64,000 nt of DNA from an uncultured delta proteobacterium. Lineage in GTDB: Bacteria > Desulfobacterota > Binatia > UBA9968. Of this stretch, positions 55,384 through 64,000 are shown in pieces; positions within the stretch are counted from its first letter, which is position 1; every line of letters starts with the position of its first letter. The translations under genes were made by a program, and so were the position numbers. The notes under the pieces were generated by a model. It saw nothing but the letters and a program-made list of their open reading frames with translations, had not been told where the DNA came from and searched no databases. The stretch lies in assembly GCA_963811315.1 (NCBI GenBank), contig CAWERH010000054.1, positions 21,197-85,196 of the forward strand. The letters are read 5' to 3'.

Positions 55384-56421
55384 ATGACTGAGCGTTCGAA
55401 AAAATCGAAATCTGCGCTTCCCACGGGTTACGCTCCGCTCTTGGCGGATCTAAAGGCGCGCGTCCGCGCGGCGCAGGTGCGAGCGGTCCTCTCGGTCAAT
55501 CGCGAGTTGATATTGCTCTATTGGCACATCGGCAGAGAAATTTTGCGCTGTCAGCGCGACGAGGGTTGGGGAGCAAAGGTTGTCGAACGGCTCGCCAAAG
55601 ATTTGCGGGCGGAGTTTCCGGAGATGCGCGGTTTTTCTCGTGCCAACCTGCTCTCCATGCGGGCATTTGCCGAGGTGTACCCGGACGACGCAATTGTCCA
55701 ACAGCTTGTTGGACAATTGCCTTGGGGCCATAACATTCTCCTGCTGGCGAAGGTAAAAAATCCCGAACAGCGGCTTTGGTATGCCCGCCAGACTCTGGAA
55801 CATGGATGGTCGCGAGCGGTGCTCTCGGCCCAGGTCGAAACCGGAGCGCACACGAGGGCGGGCAAGGCGCTTACCAATTTCAAACAAACTCTCCCTCCGC
55901 CGCAGTCCGATCTTGCGCAGCAGGCGCTCAAAGATCCTTACGTCTTCGATTTTCTAACGCTGTCAGTCGACGCGCGCGAGCGCGAGTTGGAACAAGGTCT
56001 GGTTGATCACGTTCAGAAATTTCTCCTCGAACTGGGAGTGGGATTCGCGTTTGTCGGTCGGCAGGTGCATCTGGAAGTCGGCAAAGAGGACTATTACCTC
56101 GATCTGCTCTTCTATCATCTGAAGCTGCGCAGCTACGTGGTCATCGATTTAAAGATGGAACCGTTCAAGCCGGAGTTTGCCGGCAAGATGAACTTTTATC
56201 TTTCTGCGGTCGACGACCGCATGCGCGGGCCACAAGACCAGCCGACGATCGGTTTGCTTCTATGCCGGGACAAGAATCGCATCACGGTCGAATACGCTCT
56301 GCGCAACATGGCCAAGCCGATTGGCGTGGCGCAGTGGCGCACCCGACTGGTGGAATCGCTGCCAAAGAATTTAAAGGGCGCGCTGCCTTCGGTGGAGGAT
56401 TTGGAAAAGGAACTCAGCTAA
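55384..56421 (+). CDS. DUF1016/YhcG-family PDDEXK nuclease domain protein
   Basis: N-terminal YhcG-like region (…RELILLYWHIGREIL…) and C-terminal PD-(D/E)xK core (…YYLDLLFYHLKLRSYVVIDLKMEPFKPEFAGKMNFYLSAVDD); 345 aa; inserted between hyuA and the second hyuB. Confidence 0.7.
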   Translation: MTERSKKSKSALPTGYAPLLADLKARVRAAQVRAVLSVNRELILLYWHIGREILRCQRDEGWGAKVVERLAKDLRAEFPEMRGFSRANLLSMRAFAEVYPDDAIVQQLVGQLPWGHNILLLAKVKNPEQRLWYARQTLEHGWSRAVLSAQVETGAHTRAGKALTNFKQTLPPPQSDLAQQALKDPYVFDFLTLSVDARERELEQGLVDHVQKFLLELGVGFAFVGRQVHLEVGKEDYYLDLLFYHLKLRSYVVIDLKMEPFKPEFAGKMNFYLSAVDDRMRGPQDQPTIGLLLCRDKNRITVEYALRNMAKPIGVAQWRTRLVESLPKNLKGALPSVEDLEKELS

Positions 56422-56483
56422 TCTGGATCGGTGCTCTAACCAACGGAAAGCAAGAGACGAAACACACGTCAAGTGACACTCAA

Positions 56484-58178
56484 ATGAAGACACTTTCAAA
56501 ACCCAACCTCGCCGGCGCAGCCGTCGATCCCATCACCCTCGAAGTGATCCGCCACGGCATCGTCTCGATCACCGATCAGATCGACGCGAATATTTCGCGC
56601 ACGGCCTTCAGTCCGTACATCTACGAGTACAAAGATTTTGCCGTCGGACTCGTCGGCGCGGACGGCGAGTTGATCGCGCAGTGCACCGGCGGCATGCCGG
56701 TGTTCGTCGCCGACTCGGTCGGCATGGCGGTGCGCGATGGGCTGGCCGTCTACGGACGCGAGCGTTTGCACCACGGTGACGTGGTCGTATGCAATCACGC
56801 GGCGATTCAGGGCCAGCATTTGAACAACACGGTGATGTACACGCCGATTTACGCCGGCGCCAATTTGACTACGCTGATCGGTTTTTTCGCGATCAACGTG
56901 CATTGGATCGACATCGGCGGGATCACGCCGCGCTCCAGCGACATTTTCATGGAAGGCTTGCAACTGCGTTCGATCAAGCTCTGGTCGAAAGGCGAGCCGA
57001 TTCAAGAAGTCTATCGCATCATCGAAAACAACACGCGCTTTCCGATCGAGCTGCTCGGCGACATCGCGGCGCAGCACGCGGGCTGCTTTCTCGGACGGGA
57101 CCTCACCCAAGCGCTGGCCGACAAGTACGGTGTCGAGACCTTTTTCCGCGCGGTGAAGACCATGCTCGATCAGAGCGAAGCGGCGTCCCGGGCCAAGATT
57201 CGCGCGATCCCCGACGGCGAGTATCGCTACGAAACTTTCTTCGATAACGATGGCGAAACCGACGACGCGCTCCCGATCAAGGTGAAAGTGATCGTCGCGG
57301 GTGATGAAATGACCATCGACTATTCCGAGATCGCCGAGCAGGTGCGCGGCTGCATCAACTCCGGCTACTACGGCGGCGGGCGGACCACGGCGCGGGTGGC
57401 CTTCAAATATTTAGTCGCCCATGACGAACCGGCCAACGAAGGCACCTTTCGGCCGTTAAAATTGATTTTGCCGGCAGGGAAGATTCTGAGCGCTCATCCG
57501 ACCGCGCCGATGGGCAACTATTCCCAGCCGTTTCCGACGGTGATCGACGCGATCATCAAGGCGTTGGAAAAAGCGCTCCCCGAGCGCGTCACCGGCGCGC
57601 ACTTCGGTACGTTCTCCGGCGTGCGCTTTCGCGGCAAGCGCGACAACGGCACGCTTTTCGATTGCCACGACAGCGGCCACGGCGGCTGGGGCGCCTGCGC
57701 GACCCACGACGGCGCCGGACCGTTTCGCACCATGGCGCACGGCGACACGCGCATCATTCCGGTCGAGCTGCAGGAGTCGATGTATCCCTATCGCCTCGTC
57801 GAGTTCAGCCTGCGCGAAGATTCCGCCGGCGCGGGAAAATTTCGCGGCGGTCTGGGCTTTCGCAAGCGTTATCTCATTCTCGGCGCCTGCGATCTTCAGG
57901 CGATGTTCGATCGCGTAAAATATCCGCCCTGGGGCGTGCAAGGCGGCAAGGAAGGCAAGTCCGGACAGATTACCGTCGTGAAAAAATCCGGCGAGACGGA
58001 AATTATTTACAAGAGCAAAGGCTATCCGCTTGAGCCCGGCGACCAAATCGTCGTCGAAACCGGCGGTGGCGGCGGCTACGGCCCGCCGTCGGAAAGACCG
58101 CGCGAATTGGTCGAGCGAGACTTGCGACGCGGCTATGTTTCGCGCGAAGCGGCAGTACGCGATTACGGGATCGGCTGA
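56484..58178 (+). CDS. hyuB: hydantoinase B/oxoprolinase family protein (HyuB), copy 2
   Basis: Internal ATG gives MKTLSKPNLAGAAVDPITLEVIRHGIVSITDQIDANISRTAFSPYIYEYKDFAVG…; highly similar to copy 1 along the full length. Confidence 0.85.
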   Translation: MKTLSKPNLAGAAVDPITLEVIRHGIVSITDQIDANISRTAFSPYIYEYKDFAVGLVGADGELIAQCTGGMPVFVADSVGMAVRDGLAVYGRERLHHGDVVVCNHAAIQGQHLNNTVMYTPIYAGANLTTLIGFFAINVHWIDIGGITPRSSDIFMEGLQLRSIKLWSKGEPIQEVYRIIENNTRFPIELLGDIAAQHAGCFLGRDLTQALADKYGVETFFRAVKTMLDQSEAASRAKIRAIPDGEYRYETFFDNDGETDDALPIKVKVIVAGDEMTIDYSEIAEQVRGCINSGYYGGGRTTARVAFKYLVAHDEPANEGTFRPLKLILPAGKILSAHPTAPMGNYSQPFPTVIDAIIKALEKALPERVTGAHFGTFSGVRFRGKRDNGTLFDCHDSGHGGWGACATHDGAGPFRTMAHGDTRIIPVELQESMYPYRLVEFSLREDSAGAGKFRGGLGFRKRYLILGACDLQAMFDRVKYPPWGVQGGKEGKSGQITVVKKSGETEIIYKSKGYPLEPGDQIVVETGGGGGYGPPSERPRELVERDLRRGYVSREAAVRDYGIG

Positions 58179-58211
58179 CCTTATACGATTTTTCAGGCTC
58201 AGTTCTTTCAG

Positions 58212-58273
58212 AACGGCTGCGCTGTGGCGCAGCCGTTTTTCTTACTGTTGCCTGTTGCCTCGTGCCTGTTGCC
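58212..58273 (+). terminator. rho-independent terminator after hyuB2, fused to a repeat family B copy
   Basis: ACGGCTGCGC-tgtg-GCGCAGCCGT-TTTTT, then CTTACTGTTGCCTGTTGCCTCGTGCCTGTTGCC (58241..58273). Confidence 0.7.
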
Positions 58274-58279
58274 TTCCCT

Positions 58280-58714
58280 TTACGACTGCACGATTTCCTC
58301 GAATGTTGGTTCGGGCATGCCTTTTTTCCAGGTCGAATCGCGGATTTCGAGGCGGTTGCCGCTCGGATCGTGGATGTAAAGCTCTCGTCCGGTAAAATGG
58401 CCCTTGGCGCGGTATTCCAATTCGACGACGGGGACGTGCTTTTCTTGGAACGTCTTGCAAGCCGCGACAAATCCTTCCGGACTGACATTGAAAGAGTGGT
58501 GCACGCGTTCTTCGACAATCGTGTCGTCCTGCGGTTTTTGCCTCTCGCATAGCAGGATATTGTGATCGCCAATATTGAAACAGGTCATCACTCCGTTGCT
58601 CAGTCTTCCCAAGAGCTGGAGTCCAAGCACCCCGCCGTAAAACTCCTCGGATTCTTTTAAGTTATTGACCGGAATCGACCAGTGCGTAACCCCTTCGATT
58701 TTGAATGTTCCCAT
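58280..58714 (-). CDS. VOC family protein (glyoxalase/bleomycin resistance/dioxygenase fold)
   Basis: Internal ATG gives MGTFKIEGVTHWSIPVNNLKESEEFYGGVLGLQLLGR…; about 144 aa. Confidence 0.6.
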   Translation of the reverse strand: MGTFKIEGVTHWSIPVNNLKESEEFYGGVLGLQLLGRLSNGVMTCFNIGDHNILLCERQKPQDDTIVEERVHHSFNVSPEGFVAACKTFQEKHVPVVELEYRAKGHFTGRELYIHDPSGNRLEIRDSTWKKGMPEPTFEEIVQS

Positions 58715-58798
58715 GACGGCCTCCTTTGACAATCGTTTTCTAACACAAGTGCGAATCAATCGTTAGCTTTTTTGATGGGCTGCTAATCAACAGCTTGA

Positions 58799-59773
58799 TT
58801 AACGCGATATTCCGCCTTCACGAATCAGCTCATCGAGAATCGTCTCGTCAACTAACTGCGCGGCGCCAATCGGCCTTTCGATTTTCTGCGCGGCGCGGGC
58901 AAAGTCGATCAACAGTTGGTAGCCATCCATTCGATGTTTTCCGTCGGTGCTTAATAATTCGAGCAACTGTTTGTAGGCGAGCGCGGCGACTTCTTGATCC
59001 ATGGCGAATTCGCGCACGATCATCTGCGTCGTGTCGGCCCGGTTCTCGCGGATGTAAGCCATCGCGCGCAGCGTCGCGCGCAGGAACCGTTTCATCATGC
59101 CCGGTTGTTTTTTGATCTTGTCGGCATGCACCACGAGCCCGGTGCCGGGAACGTCGACATAGTCGCGGGTGGCGGCGATCCTGGTGAATCCGTCTTTCTC
59201 CGCGCGCAAGCTATGCGGCGCGCTGAGCATCGACGCCGCCAGGGTGCCCGACTTCAACGCGGCATAGCGTTCCGGCGTGCCGCCCATGTTGAGAATGATG
59301 AAATCGCGCTCCGGTGAGAGGCCGCTTTGGACGATGATTTTTCTAAGCAGGGTGTCGACCAAGCCGCCGGGATTCAGTGACCCGATGGACTGGCCCTTGA
59401 GTTGAGCGAGGCTTCGATACTTTGGCTGCGCGTAGAGCGCCTGGTCGACAAAAGAGTTCATGCTCATCACCACGCGCAGCGGCGCGCCGGCGACGAATGC
59501 CGTGACCGCCGTCGTGCTGCCGGTGCCGAAGTCGGCGTCGCCGGTGAGGAGCGCTTTGATGTCGATGCCGCCGCGCATGTAGACAACGCTGACGCTCAAG
59601 TTTTCTTTCTGATAGAAACCTCTTCTTTGACCGGTTTCCAGGATCGGAAAGTTGGTGATCGATTTACTCGGATAGCTGACGACAACTTTGTCGGGGGCGG
59701 TGGTTTGTGCTCGTGCTTCGATCGAGACAAGAAAAGTCAAGAAAACCGCTGGCAGAATCATTGGTCTGAGCAT
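58799..59773 (-). CDS. NMT1/THI5-like ABC transporter substrate-binding protein (orphan)
   Basis: Signal peptide MLRPMILPAVFLTFLVSIEARAQ; 324 aa. Confidence 0.7.
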   Translation of the reverse strand: MLRPMILPAVFLTFLVSIEARAQTTAPDKVVVSYPSKSITNFPILETGQRRGFYQKENLSVSVVYMRGGIDIKALLTGDADFGTGSTTAVTAFVAGAPLRVVMSMNSFVDQALYAQPKYRSLAQLKGQSIGSLNPGGLVDTLLRKIIVQSGLSPERDFIILNMGGTPERYAALKSGTLAASMLSAPHSLRAEKDGFTRIAATRDYVDVPGTGLVVHADKIKKQPGMMKRFLRATLRAMAYIRENRADTTQMIVREFAMDQEVAALAYKQLLELLSTDGKHRMDGYQLLIDFARAAQKIERPIGAAQLVDETILDELIREGGISR

Positions 59774-59904
59774 GACCGATCTCCTTCAGTTTCTTAGCCG
59801 GCATCACCGATGCTTCGAAATAGTCGACGAGCGCAAGGAAAGTCAATGGTCTTGCTGCATGATGGTTTAGACCGACAGGGCTACTTTTAGGGAATGAAAA
59901 AACA

Positions 59905-59972
59905 AAGAGGGCTGCGGGAAAGTACGCAGCCCTCTTTTTCTTACTATTGCCTGTTGCCTCGTGCCTATTGCC
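59905..59972. terminator. bidirectional terminator hairpin fused to a repeat family B copy
   Basis: AGAGGGCTGCG-ggaaagta-CGCAGCCCTCT with T-runs on both strands, then (T)TTACTATTGCCTGTTGCCTCGTGCCTATTGCC. Confidence 0.65.
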
Positions 59973-62289
59973 TAATTCTTCCCCTTCGCCTTTCGAATCG
60001 CTTCCCACAATTTCGGCGCGGTGTAGGGCATGTCGATGTGATCGATGCCCAACGAGGCGAGGGCGTCCATCACGGCGTTGGCGACGGCCGGCGGCGCGCC
60101 GTTGGTGCCGCATTCGCCGACGCCTTTGACGCCCAGCGGATTAAAGGGATTCGGCGTAATCGTCTCGCCGAGAATCATCGGCGGCATGTCGGCGGCGCGC
60201 ATGACCGCGTAATTCATGAACGTGCCGGTTTGCACCTGGCCGTCTTCGCTGTAGAGCATTTGTTCGCATTGCGCTTCGCCGAGACCTTGAGCGACGCCGC
60301 CGTGAATCTGTCCCTTCGACGATCATCGGGTTGATGACCACGCCGCAATCGTCGACGAGAACCAACTTTTCGATGGTCAGCTTGCCGGTGTCGCGATCGA
60401 TACTGACGGAGGCGACGTGGGTGCCGAAGCCCCAGGCTTCGCGCTTGGGATCGTAGAAAGCGGTTTCTTGCAGGCCGATTTCCATACCCTTGGGAACTCG
60501 GCCGCCGTAGGCGGCTGTGGCGATCTGCCGCCAGTTGATCTTCTTGTCGGGAACGCCCTTGACGGCAAAGCCGCCGTCGGCTTGCACCATGTCTTCGGGC
60601 GCCGCTTCGACCAGATGCGCCGCGATGCGTTTGCCTTTCTCGATCACCCGCTCGGCGGCGATCGCCAGGGCGCCGCCGCCGACGACGGCGCTGCGGCTGC
60701 CGAAGGTGCCGGTGCCTTGCTGGCTCACGTGGGTGTCGCCGTGCAGAACCGTCACGTGATCCATCGTTGTCTTCAGCAGTTCCGCGGCAATTTGCGCCCA
60801 CGACGTTTCGTGTCCTTGGCCGTGCGAACTCGAACCCGTGAGCACGGTGATTTCGCCGGTGCGCTCCAGCGCGCACACTGCCGCTCTCGAAACCGGCGCC
60901 GCCGCTGGGCTCGACGAAGGTGGAAAAGCCGACGCCGACCAACTCGCCGCGCTTGCGCCGGTCATCGCGTTGGCGCAGGAGATTTTCGTAGTCGGACAGC
61001 TTGAGCGCTTCGCGCATCGGTTTCTCGAAGTCGCCGGAATCGTACTCGACGCCGGTGCCCGTGGTGTAGGGAAATTGATCCGGCTGAATAAAGTTCTTTC
61101 GCCGGATTTCCAATCGGTCCATGCCCAGGACAGCCGCGGCTTTGTCGAGCAAGCGCTCGATGTTCAAGACCGACTCCGGCCGGCCGGCGCCGCGATAGGG
61201 GCCGGTGGGGCAAGTGTTGGTGAAAACCGAGACGATCTCGACATGGCAGTCCTGAATCTGATAGCTGCCGCAGGCCATGCCGAGCATGCGCTGCGGCGGT
61301 CCGGCGGTGCTGGCATGCAGATAGGCGCCGAGATTGGCGACGACTTTGACTTTCAGGCCGAGAATCTTGCCGTCTTTTCTGAGCGCCATTTCCGACGTCA
61401 TCGCCTGGTCGCGCCCTTGGATCGTCGTGATGAAATCTTCGCTGCGGGTGGCGACCCATTTGACCGGCTTGCGCAGTTTAAGCGCGAGATAGCAGGCGAC
61501 GATATCCTCGCGGTAAACCGGTCCCTTGCTGCCGAAGCCGCCGCCGACGTCGGGCGCGATCAGATGAATTTTGTTTTCGGGAAAGCCGAGGGTATTGGCG
61601 ATCTCGGCGCGGGCGCGATGGGGACCTTGGGTCGAGAGCCACACGGTCAGGTTTTTACCGAAGGGATCGGGACTGACGGCGATGCCGCGCGGTTCCATCG
61701 CCAGCGCGACCTGGCGCGGGCTGGCGATGTGCATGGTGAAAACGTGATCCGCCTCGGCAAACGCCTTGTCGACGTTGCCGCCGTTCTTGCTCATGGTGTA
61801 GCAGATATTGCTGTCGAGCTCTTCGTGCGCCAGCGGCGCGCCGGGCTTCAGCGCTTCTTCCGCGTTGGAAACGCCGGGCAGCGCTTCGTATTCGACTTCA
61901 ATCGCATTGGCAGCGTCTTCCGCCTGGGCCCGCGTGCGCGCGACGACTGCGGCGACCGGTACGCCGGCGCAGTGCACCGCGCCGCGCGCGAGCACCGGAT
62001 GCGGCGGAATCTTCATGTTCGGCAGCACCTGCGAGGGCGCGAGATTGAGCTTTTCGCTCAAGTCGTTGCCGGTGATCACCGCTTCCACTCCCGGCATGGC
62101 TTTGGCCTTGCTCGTGTCGATGGAAATAATTTTCGCGTGCGGGTAGGGGCTCCGTTGAAACGCCAGATGGAGCATGCCGGTCAAATTGATATCGTCGACG
62201 TAGCAGCCTTTGCCGGTGATCAGCGGCGGATCTTCGACCCGTTTGGGCGACGCGCCGATGAGTCCGTTCGGTGTGTGTTCGGTTGTCAT
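59972..62289 (-). pseudogene. xanthine dehydrogenase/CO dehydrogenase-family molybdopterin-binding large subunit (CoxL-like), at least two frameshifts
   Basis: From ATG 62289: MTTEHTPNGLIGASPKRVEDPPLITGKGCYVDD… through …ELVGVGFSTFVEPSGG. It continues in the 60141..60965 frame (…GQGHETSWAQIAAE…VINPMIVEG) and ends in the 59972..60259 frame (…GVKGVGECGTNGAPPAVANAV…). Confidence 0.7.
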
Positions 62290-62307
62290 GATGTGACCTC
62301 TTAAAAA

Positions 62308-62392
62308 CGTGATCGTGTTCGTGGTTCGTGCTCGTGGATCGGAATTATCAGCCAGAGGCGTTCCGAACACGCGTCACGATCACGAGCACGGT
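62308..62392. repeat. repeat family D copy: inverted TCGTGN/CACGAN hexamer arrays
   Basis: acgtgatcgtgttcgtggttcgtgctcgtgg…ccgaacacgcgtcacgatcacgagcacgg, between coxM and coxL. Confidence 0.55.
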
Positions 62393-62430
62393 TTTAGCTT
62401 TTCGCTCTTTCCACCGCCGCTTCGATGGCC

Positions 62431-63265
62431 TTACGCGCGTACACGGTCGCCACGTGTTGTTTGTATTCCGTGCTGGAGTACGAATCTTCCACCGGATCGG
62501 TTTCCTCTGCGGCTTTTGCGGCCGCCGCGGCGATGATCTGCGTGGTCAGCGGCTTTCCTTGTAACTCTATTTCGGTGGCGATGGCGCGGAGGGGACCGCT
62601 GCCGAGCCCGCCGATGGCAATCCGTGCCGACGACGCAGGAGCCCGAAGCTTGTCGGGTGATCAACGCGCCCGCGCTGACGACGACGTAACCCGATGCGGG
62701 ATGGGGCAGCTTGGCGTAGGCTGTGCCGGTTCCCGCAGATGGAATCGGTACGCGAATTTCCGTGAGGATCTCGTTCGCGTTCAATGCCGTGGTGTAAAAG
62801 TCGGTGAAGAAATCATCCACGGCGATGGTTCGGGTACCGGCGGGCGATTGCGCGACGAAGCGAAGCATTGAGCGCGGTCAAAATTACCGGCATATCCGCC
62901 GCCGGATCGGCGTGAGCGACGCTGCCGCCAATGGTGCCGCGGTTGCGCACCTGCACATCGCCGATCACCGATGCGGCATCGGACAAGCCCGGCATATGCT
63001 TGCGCACGAGGTCCGACGCGCCACGTCGGCATGGACGGTCAGCGCGCCAATGACTAGTTGTCCGCCTTCGGCTTTGATTCCTTGCAATCCCGGCACGGTG
63101 CCGAGATCGATCAAAGAGCTGCGGCGACTGAAGGCGCAGCTTCATCGCCGGGATCAAGCTATGACCGCCGGCGAGCAGTTTGCCGTCTTCGCCGTGCTTG
63201 GCCATCAACTCCAGCGCTTCCGCCACTGAGCGCGGCGCGACATAGCCGAAACTAGCGGGAAGCAT
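62431..63265 (-). pseudogene. CoxM-like FAD-binding medium subunit of a molybdenum hydroxylase, frameshifted
   Basis: ATG 63263-63265 gives MLPASFGYVAPRSVAEALELMAKHGEDGKLLAGGHSLIPAMKLRL. The text then diverges, re-converges (…DLVRKHMPGLSDAASVIGDVQVRNRGTIGGSVAHADPAADMPVILTALNA) and finishes in the 62431..62868 frame. Confidence 0.65.
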
Positions 63266-63375
63266 GTCGGCCTCCCATCTCGAAAAGGCTGAGGCCCTTC
63301 GGCTAAGCTCAGGACAGGCTTGAGGCGTGAGGCATGAGTCCAGATGAATTGCAGCTTCCAGTTTAGTGATTAGGA

Positions 63376-63870
<495 letters not shown>

Positions 63871-64000
63871 GCTCAGAATTCCTCCGATTAATAGTGGCTT
63901 GGGTTGATCTCAAACGATCGGTCGCGAGATCGCTGCCCCCGGACTTCGTGTCCGGGAGAATCAGTTTTTACACCGGATTGGAGCAGGTCTCAAGACGCCC

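Noticed and set aside
60838-62304. 488-aa plus-strand ORF
   Set aside because: It lies antisense to the CoxL-like gene, whose translation has clear family motifs, and the plus-strand product is low complexity.

Overview
This is a high-GC (about 60%) bacterial chromosomal window from an LPS-producing Gram-negative lineage (Deltaproteobacteria- or Rokubacteria-like by gene content). The centre (3.8-16.5 kb) is an intact conserved housekeeping block: kdsB-pyrG-kdsA-kdsD-kdsC-lptC-lptA-lptB-rpoN-ptsN-rapZ-NPr(HPr-like), then metK-ahcY. Both flanks are accessory and catabolic. They carry at least 15 ABC substrate-binding-protein genes, mostly NMT1/THI5-like, many orphan and in tandem paralog arrays, plus two complete ABC importers. 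They also carry a hydantoinase cluster (hyuB-hyuA-DUF1016 nuclease-hyuB), amidohydrolases, Asp/Glu/hydantoin racemases, PuuE-like deacetylases, an LLM monooxygenase, a gentisate-dioxygenase-like bicupin, a frameshifted FAD oxidoreductase and a CoxS/M/L-type molybdoenzyme operon. The same flanks also hold RtcB, an orphan GspE/PilB-like ATPase with tandem MshEN (c-di-GMP-binding) motifs, a Fur/PerR-like regulator beside a catalase remnant, and a small class-III nucleotidyl cyclase at the end of an ABC operon. At least 14 accessory genes are split across reading frames, whereas the 11-kb core block has none except ahcY. Intergenic regions carry several families of short dispersed palindromic or tandem repeats (REP-like). 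No rRNA, tRNA, CRISPR array or transposase was recognised.
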